Source of the DNA: Felis catus | Lineage: Eukaryota | Assembly: GCF_018350175.1 (NCBI RefSeq) | Contig: NC_058368.1 | Coordinates: 158,288,001-158,352,000, forward strand | Reading direction: 5' to 3' | Length of the DNA stretch: 64,000 nucleotides | Part shown: in pieces, positions 1-10,486 of the stretch | Layout of the letters: every line of letters starts with the position of its first letter | Position numbering within the stretch: position 1 is the first letter of the stretch | Made by a program: the position numbers and the translations under genes | Notes under the pieces: model-generated | Told to the model about the DNA's origin: nothing | Database searches by the model: none | The model's input: the letters and a program-made list of their open reading frames with translations, nothing else

Positions 1-125
1 TAGGAACTCTTGAAAGGTTGTGGGATGGCACAATTTAACCCATAACACTCACTGAACAGTACATTTTGCCAACTGTAAAAGTTAATTTTGGACTTTCAAC
101 ATGATCAAATTAATATTTTTTTCAG

Positions 126-164
126 AAAAAAGAAGGTATCACAGGGCCTCCTCCAGACTCTTCG
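126..164 (+). CDS. CAST: Calpastatin coding exon, domain 1 linker (KKEGITGPPPDSS)
   Basis: ttttcag|AAA...TCG|gtgagt; 39 nt, phase 0/0; peptide matches calpastatin. Confidence 0.93.
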
Positions 165-336
165 GTGAGTTTACATAAATGTCTTCTAAGATACAAGTTA
201 ACGTTTTTTTAAATCTTTAGTTGGGGGTAGGGCATCAATTCTGTATATTGTGTCTATGAATAATCGCTAAATCAGATCAAGTTTCCATCTATTCAGAGGA
301 AGGAGATGGGTATGGGGTTGCTTCAGTGCTCATGGC

Positions 337-339
<3 letters not shown>

Positions 340-395
<56 letters not shown>

Positions 396-416
396 GTATA
401 TATATACGTATACATA

Positions 417-467
<51 letters not shown>

Positions 468-481
468 ACGTATATATATAT
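340..481. repeat. Compound (TA)n/(CA)n/(TG)n microsatellite
   Basis: Continuous alternating purine-pyrimidine tract; source of the spurious YI-repeat ORFs. Confidence 0.97.
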
Positions 482-782
482 TTTTTTCTTTTTTTTGAGG
501 GGAAGCAGAATGGAGCCAAGAAGGTATTAGGGCAAAATAAATATTAATAAAAATAGAATGAGAATATCCTAATATGTAATCCATTTAAAGGAGGGAAACA
601 GGAAAATAGTATTAGTGAGCACTCATTTCCTTCCAAACAAAGAATTTATCTGAGTTATGTGATAACATACTTGATTTGGTAGTAAAGGAATGTCAAATCA
701 TTCTTCATTTGCTGAGTTTGTATTGTGATCTGTAACTTGAATGACTCTCACGTGTTACCCATCGTGGTGCCTGTTTCTTTAG

Positions 783-875
783 AAACCCATGGGGCCAAGT
801 GATGCCATAGATGCTTTGTCATCTGACTTCACCTGCAGTTCTCCTACCGCTGGTGGAAAGAAACCTAAGGAAGAG
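783..875 (+). CDS. CAST: Calpastatin exon, domain 1 subdomain C ([31 protein letters not shown])
   Basis: tttag|AAA...GAG|gtactg; 93 nt; [10 protein letters not shown] helix motif. Confidence 0.96.
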
Positions 876-1010
876 GTACTGTTTTCCAAATAATTAGGGG
901 GAGCTTGTTAGAAACTATATAAAACTTGAAAACAATTTCTTTTTAGTTCTGATTATTAAAGTTACATTTATTCTAACTATAAGTCTAATCTTTTGCATTT
1001 TGTCTTTCAG

Positions 1011-1100
1011 AAATCTACAGAAGAGGTTCTCAAAGCTCAGCCAGCCAGGGTAGTCAAAAGTGCTGCTTCACCCCAAGAGAAAAAAAGAAAGGTGGAGGAG
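1011..1100 (+). CDS. CAST: Calpastatin exon (KSTEEVLKAQPARVVKSAASPQEKKRKVEE)
   Basis: tctttcag|AAA...GAG|gtataa; 90 nt phase 0/0. Confidence 0.93.
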
Positions 1101-1426
1101 GTATAAATAATTACTTCTTTGGAAATAAACATGGTCCACCTGATAGCACTTGCTTTCCTGAGCCTGATCTAGTTGATTCAGGATAATCCCAGTACAGCAT
1201 GATGAGGGGCATCTTTTTTCCCTCGGGGGTCTGTGTGGACTAGTAAATCCAATCAGGGTTCTATCCATTATCTCCAGACAGGCCTTCTATGTTTCTGCAA
1301 ATACTAATCATGATTTGAACACAGCCTTCTTGGTTGTGAAACAAGAGTATCTCATCATTACAACACACAGAAAGACAAGACACCAAAAGAGTTGCACTCT
1401 TAGAACATAAATCTTCACCTTGATTC

Positions 1427-1633
1427 TTTTTTTTTTTTTTAAGTTTATTTATTTATTTTTGAGAGAGACCGAGACAGTGCGAGTCAGGGAGGGATACAGA
1501 GAGGGAAAGAGAATCCCAAGCAAGCTCCACGTTGCCAGCACAGAGCCCGATGTAACCTGCAAAGCTGAGAGATCATAACCTGGGCCAAAACCAACATTCA
1601 GACACTTAACCAACTGAGCCATCCAAGTGCCCC
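1427..1633 (-). mobile_element. Carnivore tRNA-derived SINE (CanSINE)
   Basis: poly(T), (GA)n, ends GTGCCCC; TSD TTCACC(T/A)TGATT at 1414-1425 and 1635-1646. Confidence 0.9.
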
Positions 1634-2415
1634 ATTCACCATGATTTTCTAATGGAGTTTGACCTGTAAATCACTAGTGGGATGTGGTTGTAGCTGCTTC
1701 TGTACGTTCTATTAACCGTAATCAATTGTCCCCAATCCTGAACGTTGGTCCTGCAGCTCATCTTCTGGTTGAGAAGACATTCTCCATCTGCAGATAGTTC
1801 AGATAATGCAAGGAGCGGTTTGTGTCGGGTCTGCTCTGCCTCTCCCTTCCTGGAGGGGACAGTTTATTTTTATCTGGCTGGCTGGGGAGCAGTGAGAGCC
1901 ACACCCTGAGAGTGGGAGTCCCCACAGCCATCAGCCATCAGCCGTTGTGCATTCAGACATGAAGCCTGTGGGGCCACTTCAAGCTCCCCAGCTTCCTGGA
2001 CTTTGCTAGTTTGCTAAGACCAGGGTTGTCAGAAATTATTTCTAAAGACACATTAAAAAAAAAAACAAAAACAGAAAAGTGAAAGTTTACTTCTTCAAGC
2101 TTTTATTTTGATACGAGTGTTGTGTAATAATTATAGCTTGAGAAATAAGGGGTGAAGTGTGCCCCCAAGGGTATAAACAGCATAAGACACTGTGGAAGTG
2201 TCTTAGCCCCAATTTTCATTCACTGGTAAGTTCTTTTTTTTTTCCCTTTCTCTTTTCTGCTAGGTTTCCAATAAAATTGCCTTCCTAAAGTCCTTCCCTA
2301 ATCTGCAACTCATTTTAGAAATTTAAAATTGGGATTTCACAAAGAAGTGGATAGGTTGTTCAGGCTGAAGAGATGTTCCCTTTTTTAATGTACAGATTTT
2401 TTCCTTTTTTAGCAG

Positions 2416-2517
2416 GACACAATGAGTGATCAAGCACTGGAGGCTCTTTCTGCTTCGCTGGGCACTCGGAAGCCAGAACCTGAGCTCGACCTCAGCTCCA
2501 TTAAAGAAGTTGATGAG
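2416..2517 (+). CDS. CAST: Calpastatin exon, domain 2 subdomain A ([34 protein letters not shown])
   Basis: tagcag|GAC...GAG|gtactg; 102 nt; alternative AG 3 nt upstream (start 2413). Confidence 0.95.
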
Positions 2518-3378
2518 GTACTGACCTTGGATTCATATACAAAGCATGTTGTTCGGCGGGTTATGAAACTAAATGTTCTTACACAACTTTTCTTTTTTGG
2601 AGATTAAAAATTAACTACTCTTCATTCTGCCTTACTTTCAGAGTCTAGTTAACTTAGATTTTCATTCTTGCATAGTTAGCAACCAAGAAAGATAGTTGAG
2701 TATTGTCTTTTAAACCATCTAGAGTTTTAATATGTAAAGTGAATGCTAATCTCTTCTGCCAATGCTTAAATGACACCTGACTAACAAGATAACCTGGAGG
2801 CAATGGCTTGGTGAGAGGTTTGTCTGCTCTTGTGGACATTGGAAATTTGTGTTTTCAAAAGGATTCCAGGTGCTTCTTTTTATAAGCAGAGAGGGGGAAT
2901 GTGGTAGATGGGGTGGGAAGATCCTTCTTTTTATAACTATGGAGAAAAATGTTGAAAATCTTGTCTCAAATTAGAATAATATCAAGCAAGGATTAACTCT
3001 GTAACTGCAGTTCCTGCATGCCTACTACATACACTTCAACATCTTAGCAAGCCTTCTGAGCCATAACAAGCTTATATTTGGTGGAGGAGAGTTTTACCAT
3101 GACATTACAGTTTTTAAAGAATTTTTCAGCTGAGTTATCTGGGATAAAAGAGGGAGTTGGCCTGTGGGCATTGTTGACAAGGCAGTGTAGTTGGGGGACA
3201 TGGAAATACAGCCTGGGCACCCTCAGAAGCATCAGCCTATCAACTCAGGGAGGGGAGCTGGCATGTGCCTGTCACTGTCATAATGCCGCTGCCTCCGCTG
3301 TCACTTCCTGTTCTGAATCACTGAGGAAAGTGAGTCTCACAGGCTCCTGGCCTGAGTCTGGGATTGCTCTGGTCCAAA

Positions 3379-3498
3379 ATGGGCCAGTTTCTATCTTCAG
3401 CTTTCTTTGAGGGCTTACCAGGCGCAGTGTGGCATGACAAGCTTTGTGAAGGCGAACACAAGGGAGCAGGGGAAGCAGTCCTCGTCCTCCAAGACCAA
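3379..3498 (+). CDS. CAST: Testis-type alternative first coding exon of calpastatin (tCAST/type IV; MGQFLSSAFFEGLPGAVWHDKLCEGEHKGAGEAVLVLQDQ)
   Basis: Strong Kozak AAAATGG, 40 open codons, donor CAA|gtaatg in phase 0, in frame with exon 6622; peptide resembles the N-terminus of mammalian testis calpastatin as I recall it. Confidence 0.85.
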
Positions 3499-4027
3499 GT
3501 AATGTATTGAGAAAAAAGGAAATTGTCATAAAGACAGTGCGAGGCACACGTTATTTAAAGCAGCCACATAGACAAATGTCTGAGGGAGAGGATGGTCCTG
3601 GCAAGACCCTGCGGGTGTGTGTGTCTTGGTGGGGGAGCAGACCAAGTTGAGTTACAGTCCCACCACCAGACAGCTGCAGGGCAGGGGACCAACTGCACTT
3701 TATTTCAGACTTTTTACACAGAATGGTGTGATTTAATAAGACAGTAATTTGGGGAGGAAACGTATAAACATAAATCTCAGGGCAAAGTGTCTTAGGGTGA
3801 CTAAAATCAGGTCAGTAGTTGTAAAAAGTGTTGCATAAAAATAAGTTCTTAAGCAGTTGGGGTAACTAGTTTTGAGATACATGTATAAATGTATTTATGT
3901 TTCCTCTAGAAAACCTCCACAGCAGTGAACTTCTAAAATTCTAACTAAAACTAAAAGGACTGTTCTTTCTATTCTTTCTATTAGTTTCTACTTTATCTTC
4001 CGCTTTTTTTCCACTAGTTTTCCTTTT

Positions 4028-4076
4028 ATTTATTTATTTATTTATTTATTTACTTACTTACTTACTTACATCCAAG
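4028..4076 (-). repeat. (TTTA)n(TTAC)n tetranucleotide repeat, probable tail of an ultra-short L1 insertion
   Basis: Repeat followed by ACATCCAAG; flanked by TAGTTTTC(C/T)TTTT at 4015-4027 and 4077-4089. Confidence 0.7.
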
Positions 4077-4353
4077 TAGTTTTCTTTTTAATTATATTCA
4101 AAGTATAAATATTTCCTAAGATTTTCCAATCCTCTGGATTCTTAAGCTGAATTTTAGTGCCTAATGGTGAATTTATTACTTTCTGGATACTCTGATGTTT
4201 TGATAAGCCTTATGAAGGTTAATATTCTATAGGAGTCCCAAACCACTTCAGTTTATTCCATACTAGAGAGCTCTCTATGGAGAAATTGCATCATGTTTCA
4301 GAGAAGACATCCATGCCTACTTATTCTTATAATGTATCATGACATAAGTATTC

Positions 4354-4572
4354 TTTTTTTTTTTTTTTTCAACGTTTATTTATTTTTGGGACAGAGAGAG
4401 ACAGAGCATGAACGGGGGAGGGGCAGAGAGAGAGGGAGACACAGAATCAGAAACAGGCTCCAGGCTCTGAGTCATCAGCCCAGAGCCTGACGCGGGGCTC
4501 GAACTCACGGACCGTGAGATCGTGACCTGGCTGAAGTCGGACGCTTAACCAACTGCGCCACCCAGGCGCCCC
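4354..4572 (-). mobile_element. Young feline-type SINE (SINEC_Fc-like)
   Basis: Reverse complement begins GGGGCGCCTGGGTGGCGCAGTTGGTTAAGCGTCCGACTTCAGCCAGGTCACGATC; CpG-rich; nearly identical to 60105-60339. Confidence 0.95.
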
Positions 4573-4703
4573 AATATTCTACATTGATACCTCATTAATC
4601 CTCCCCATTTCTGTGTGTAGTGACCTGGTCTGGTGCTATTTCAGTTGAGTAGACATTTGTCTTCAGTGCCTACAGTGCAGGCATTTAAAGAATATAAAGA
4701 TCA

Positions 4704-4907
4704 GGGGTGCCTGGGTGGCTCAGCCAGTTAAACAACTGACTCTTGATTTCATCTCAGGTCATGATCTCACGGTTTGTGGGGTGAAGCCCTTCGTTGGGCT
4801 CCACACTGTCACTGCTTGGGATTCTTTCTCTCTGCACCTTTCCTGCTCAAACTCTCAAACTCCCTCTCTTTCTCTCAAAATAAGTAAATAAACTAAAAAA
4901 AAAATAA
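4704..4907 (+). mobile_element. CanSINE
   Basis: GGGGTGCCTGGGTGGCTCAG head, (CT)n, A tail; TSD AAAGAAT(A/G)TAAAGATCA at 4687-4703 and 4908-4924. Confidence 0.92.
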
Positions 4908-5566
4908 AAAGAATGTAAAGATCAAACAGGAATAGAAAGGATTTAACGGTGCACATGATTCTCACTGTCCATAAGCCTGGAGAGGACAGTCTTCTACAGG
5001 TGACTTCTGACTTTCACGAAGGCTGTTTTATAGGTAGAAACCTCACGAATCTCTGAATGGAGGAGTGCCACGACGTAATAGGACTTCCTCCAAGTGTTGC
5101 AGTAGAATATAACTGGAAATATTTTTTTAAAAAAAACCACAACTTTAATCCCTTAATGATAATTGTTAATTTACAGGACAATAAAACTGTAATTCTAAAG
5201 CCTAGAAGAGTGCTTGGCTCATTAAAAGTGCTTAATATTTTTAAAATCAATCATTCATTCAATGGAGAACTACTATTTTAGGTTGAAATACAGATGGAGC
5301 AGTAGGTTGAGCTGGAATTTGCTAAGTGATATTCCTCTTTGTGCCCAGGAGCTCCTTGTTTTGTGATCTAAATCCATGCCTTGGTACAGGTGCCAATTAT
5401 TACATATCATGGAACTTCCCATAAGTCACCAGTAGTTTAAAATGCAAATGCTATATCCTAGAAGCCAGTGATCTACTATAGAACTGCACTTTTATCTCGA
5501 ATGCAGTTGGTTATTCATGGTTCAGTAATCCAATAAAGTCCTAGTTCTTAGTGAAGGGAGTACCTT

Positions 5567-6066
5567 TTTTATTGCAGGAATCTACAATAGCCAAATTATG
5601 GAAGCATCCCAAGTGTTCATCAGTAGATGAATGGATAAGGATGTGGTATATACATACAATGAAATACTATTCAGCCATAAAAAAGAATGAAATCTTGTCC
5701 GTTGCAATAACATAGATGGAGCTAGAAAATATAAACCTAAACGATATAAGTCCAGTCAGAGAAAGACAAACACCATATGATTTCACTCATATGTGGACTA
5801 TAACAAAACAAACAAGCAAACAAACAAAAAAAGAGGTAGAAAGAGATACAAACCAAGAAACAGACTTTTAACTCTAGAGAAGAAACTGATGGTTACCAGA
5901 GAGGAGGTGGGTGGGGTGTTGGATGAGATAGGTAAAGGGGATTAAGAGTACATTTACCATGATGAGCACTGAGTAACATATAGAATTGTTAAATCACTAT
6001 AGTGTATGCCTGAAACTTACGTAGCCTGGTATGTTAACAATACTGAAATTAAAAAAAAAAAAAAAT
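5567..6066 (+). mobile_element. 5'-truncated L1, ORF2 end plus 3' UTR and poly(A)
   Basis: ACAATAGCCAAATTATGGAAG...GATGAATGGATAA...CATATGATTTCACTCATATGTGG; A-run 6051-6065. Confidence 0.88.
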
Positions 6067-6621
6067 TTAAAAAGAGTCCTTTTAAAAGAGGTAAAACCAA
6101 TTATCCATGGATCAGCCAAGATTTGTGATGAGCTGCTTCTCCCATTTCTGAACTGTATTTAACCATGGGAACTGGTTGGTTTTTTTCCCCCCTAGATAAC
6201 TGAGTAAGAGATGAAGGCTATTGAAATAATTACAACTAACTTATGCACTGTGCTTAATGGTCTCAATATTTTATTTCCTTTTCTCTAGTGATCCTTACAA
6301 GTCAGTGGACTAGGTAAAAATTATTGGTAGCCCCATTTTACTGCTTAAGAAAGACTAAGTGGCTCCCCAAGGTGATAGAGCAGCTGAGAGCAGGGCGGGG
6401 ACACCTCTCCAGGATTCCTCGCCCTGTTGTTTTTTTCTGTCTTCCTCACAGCCAACCAGTTACCATGGTCTTGTGCTCTGTAGTTTACAAAGCACAGACA
6501 CACACTTGAATCTGATATGGTTTTCTCTACAACACTTATGAAGTACATAAAGTGATATCCTCTTGTTTTACCTACATTACCCACATGTTTTGTGTTTTAT
6601 TTCCCTCTCCACTTTAATCAG

Positions 6622-6705
6622 GCAAAAGCTAAAGAAGAGAAACTAAAAAAGTGTGGTGAAGATGATGAAACTGTGCCTTCGGAGTATAGATTAAAGCCAA
6701 CCACG
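6622..6705 (+). CDS. CAST: Calpastatin exon, domain 2 subdomain B ([28 protein letters not shown])
   Basis: aatcag|GCA...ACG|gtatgc; 84 nt; T[IV]PxxYR inhibitory motif. Confidence 0.96.
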
Positions 6706-7572
6706 GTATGCTGTTAGCCATGGCACCTAACAGAATATGCTCTTCTTCATATCATGTTCTGTTGGGACTGTTCCCATGATACTCAAGAACATGACTATTC
6801 AGTTCTTATACTAACTGAACCCCCTGAATCCTTTCTTTCCTGTTCTTTAAAGTTAGTTGATTGTTTCCTAAGTAGTAACCGTGTGGTCATTAAAATTCCC
6901 ACAAATCCAAGTGTTCCAGATATTAACAATGCGTGATATAGATCCTTAACCTTGAAGCGTAAGAAACAAGTTGGGAATAAATTTTTCTGTAACCGTTGTA
7001 TGGATAAAAGCACCATAGATCTTTGAAGGGGTAGACATAAATGTGTAGCTATTTGCCAGTATCCTTAGGGTGTTTTGTTGGTGGTGGTTTGGGTTTAATG
7101 TGAGGATGGTGGACTTCTGTAATTATATCTGTAATTTATCTTTCAAAAATTAAACGAAAACACATGATAGAAAATGTTTTGATTCTTCTATGTGCTTATA
7201 TATGGAAACTGTCCTTACAGGTGCTAATATAGAAAGTTCCTCAGTTTAGAAATATTCTAAATTGTGAAACGTCATCTCCAAAAAACAAAAAAAGGATTAC
7301 AGGAATGAAATCTACCTCTTCACCCTGGATTGGAGAACAGAGACTTTTTAAGTTATTTATTTTAGAGCTTAGCTGTTTATTCTGATACTTGATTTAAAAA
7401 ATACTGAAAATTTATTCACTCAGATATAAGAAATTCACTCAAAAACAGATCATTAAAATATAAGGGGAAAAAAAATCTCCTCCTATCCTGGAATTCCCTA
7501 GAAGAAACTTAACGAGCCATGAAAAGAAAATGTTCTATTTAATTTTCAATGAATTTTCAATTTTGTTTACAG

Positions 7573-7620
7573 GATAAAGATGGAAAACCACTTTTGCCAG
7601 AGCCTGAAGAAAAATCCAAG
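7573..7620 (+). CDS. CAST: Calpastatin exon (DKDGKPLLPEPEEKSK)
   Basis: ttacag|GAT...AAG|gttagg; 48 nt. Confidence 0.94.
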
Positions 7621-7999
7621 GTTAGGAAATGATCTTTCTGATAAAGAGCAAAAGAACTGTAAAGTATAAATTGAAGATCATTTTGACAGGATTTCTCTGT
7701 GGAGACTTTGAATGTCAACCTAGTTGTAAAGAGAGGGGAACTTGTGGTAGCAACACTTGGCTCATACCTCTGACTCCTTTTCGTATCTTTTATGATTATT
7801 TTCTTCATGAATTATTACTAGAATATTGGGAGTGTGTAGGTGGCATTCATTGCACATTAGGAGCTGATGTCAAGAATGCCTCAAATTATATTGTTGGCAC
7901 TTCAGAATTTGATTATAATCATGACATCAGATATTTTAATGATTCTACACTGCCTTAACTTGGTCTAAAGCAGTCAGGTCCTCACTGAATGAAGGGGGT

Positions 8000-8110
8000 G
8001 CTGTGATTTTTCCCATTTTACATGTGATGAAACAGAGGCAGAGACATGTAAATAACCCAAGATCTAACAGCTAAAAACTAGCAAGACCAGGACTCAAAAC
8101 TCAGACTACC
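8000..8110 (-). mobile_element. MIR fragment
   Basis: CCCATTTTACATGTGATGAAACAGAGGCAGAGA core-like sequence; boundaries approximate. Confidence 0.6.
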
Positions 8111-8652
8111 AACAGACGCACAGCTTGTAGATGACATGCCGTTCTGTTGTAGATGACTGGTATTGCTCAAAATTTCCACATGCTCCAAATGAATAATACC
8201 ATTTCATCTGAAGGAACTAGGGATGGGAGAACTTTGTTGCCAAAATCCCTCAGAGTCTTAGGGAAGGAGTATATGATCTGTGTTTCCTGAGCTATTCAGA
8301 AGGCACTCATTAGGAAATAGTGAAAAACAGTCACATACGAAAAAAACTATACAGATCTTCATTAGAAAGAAAAGGTGGTTTTATGTGAACAGAATTCTTC
8401 TGAAACTGAATTAACAGGAAAATTTTGGACTAAATCATGAACATTTTTGTGGTACCCCGGTGTTTAGTATTCCTTATTTGTTGCATGACATTTATCTTAC
8501 ATTGATAAATTAAAAAAATACCCCAAACATTAAATTTTGGATTTAGATCCTAAAATATGGCTTAATACGTGTTAACAGGAAATTCTCTATGTAAAACTTT
8601 CTTGTAACCAAAAAGAGTCACTTTGTAATATAGTGTTTTTCTTATATTCCAG

Positions 8653-8748
8653 GCCCTGAGTGAATCAGAACTCATTGATGAACTTTCAGAAGATTTTGAC
8701 CCGCCTAAAAGTAAAGGAAAACGATCTAAGACAACCAAAAAAACAGAA
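8653..8748 (+). CDS. CAST: Calpastatin exon, domain 2 subdomain C (ALSESELIDELSEDFDPPKSKGKRSKTTKKTE)
   Basis: ttccag|GCC...GAA|gtatgt; 96 nt. Confidence 0.95.
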
Positions 8749-9690
8749 GTATGTTTCTAAAAATAGAAGTCTCTATTTTGTGGGCTTTTAAAGATATTTT
8801 TCTATAATCTTAAAAATCTGAGGCCCAATTATTTTAGCATGATGTAGTTGATGGAGACCCATTATGCCATCTTTTTTTACATGCAGTTTTGATCTTGACT
8901 TTTTCTAGATGGGCTTTCTTTTCCCACACTGGCCCAGATGTTCTTGAAATTTAAGTCCTATAATCATTCCTTCACATCCATGCTTTCCTTTCTGTTCCTC
9001 CTACTGTAACCTAAAGTTGTCATCACCGCTCACCTTATGGTGGCAGTGGCCTCTGTCTTCAGTCTTACTGCCGTCCTTCCCACGTGTCCGCCAGAGTTAC
9101 TGTTTCTCAAGCGTGGTGGTAGTCACATCATTCCCGTGCTCCAACCCTCAGGAGCTGCCTGTTCCCCACAAAAATAAAGTCCCTGCTAACGTGTTCTGGC
9201 CCTGGCTTCCTTCCCTACCAAGGTGTGTCCTCCCATTACTAAACCATGACAATAAGGGCTTGAGTGTATGTGTCCTTGGCTTTTCCCATGTGGTCCTGCC
9301 ATGTAGAATAAACTTCCCTCCTAATTCAAGATCATCTAAAATGTTAGCCAGGCCTTTAAAGTTTTGCTAAAGTATGGCCTTTGTCTCCTGCTTTTCCCTC
9401 CCCAAATCTTACCACCCTTCCAAACCTACCTAAGCAGAATACAATATGTCAGGGGCTCTATTGTTCTTTGTATATCTATTAAGATCTTTATTACAAGGAA
9501 GCTTTTAGCTGTCTTCATCTCCACCTCTGATGTGTATACATAGTTTTCAGTAAATAGTAAGTTCCTTGAAGGAAGAGATAGTGCCCTGCTAATGACCATC
9601 TACTGAGCACCTTACGTGTAGGATAACTTTTCGTAAATGTCTGGATTAAAACCAGTTTGTTTGAAATTTTACTCTTGTGATAAGATAGCA

Positions 9691-9872
9691 CAGTGGTCCT
9701 CAGATTTTAGTACCAGGATTGCCTGAGGGTTTGTTAAAACAGATTGCTGGGCTCCACCTCCAGAATTTCTATAGTATTTGGGGTGGAGCCCTAAGAATTT
9801 GCATTTGTAACAAATGGTAAGGCTGGTAAGGCTGATGCTGCTGGTCCAGGGACCGTACTTGGGGAACCTCTG
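9691..9872. mobile_element. MER5A-like non-autonomous hAT DNA transposon
   Basis: Imperfect terminal inverted repeats CAGTGGTCCTCA ... GGGGAACCTCTG, ~180 bp, internal TTGTTAAAACAGATTGCTGGGC and GATGCTGCTGGTCCAGGGACC. Confidence 0.8.
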
Positions 9873-10019
9873 GGATAGTATTACTACCTTGCATTTGTAA
9901 ACATACCTATTTACAATTGATAAGATAATATTAAATATATAAAAATGATGGATTTATATTAAAACATTACATTTTATAATTGGTGTATCATTGTTATATA
10001 TTTTCTGAAAATAATATAA

Positions 10020-10240
10020 ATAATAATAGTTGCTGATATTATTGAGCTGTGTTCCTAGGTAGTATGCAGAGCACTGGACATGTTTTATTTTACTGAAAGC
10101 CTCACGTTGACCCTTGAGATGTAGGTACTGTCATTGTTCTCATTTTCCAGATGTGAAACTGAGTCTCAGAGTTTAAGTAACCTACCTAAGGTAAGAGGTA
10201 AAACCAAGTTGAAATCATGGTAGAAGAGTTTGAACCTGCG
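10020..10240 (-). mobile_element. MIR
   Basis: CTCATTTTCCAGATGTGAAACTGAGTCTCAGAGTTTAAGTAACCTACCTAAGGT core; boundaries approximate. Confidence 0.7.
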
Positions 10241-10390
10241 ATTTATTCACTATTTAGCAATCCTTAGGCATTTGAGAAAGTCATGCTCACAGCATATAAT
10301 ATAGCAGAGTGTGTCGTTGGTCCCTTATTGTTCAGTCTTACCAACTAGATATTTCTAAAAACTCTTCTTTGTACTTGCCTCTCTCCGCAG

Positions 10391-10486
10391 GCATCTCAGG
10401 CTGCTGCCTTGACTCCTGTGAGTGAGGCCGTGCCTCGAGCTTCCATGTGTACTATACTGTCCACACCGACCAAGCCAGCTCCCTTG
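10391..10486 (+). CDS. CAST: Calpastatin exon (ASQAAALTPVSEAVPRASMCTILSTPTKPAPL)
   Basis: ctccgcag|GCA...TTG|gtgagt; 96 nt. Confidence 0.93.

Noticed and set aside
1..30. TAGGAACTCTTG resembling the end of the domain-1 B exon (YRELL)
   Set aside because: In-frame TAG, no convincing donor; the real exon is probably upstream of the window
306..584. Three overlapping ORFs rich in YI/TH/VC repeats
   Set aside because: Translations of the dinucleotide microsatellite
4293..4490. Near-identical peptide in ORFs 4293-4490 and 60129-60350 (FNVYLFLGQRETEHERGRG)
   Set aside because: Antisense translation of two copies of the same SINE family
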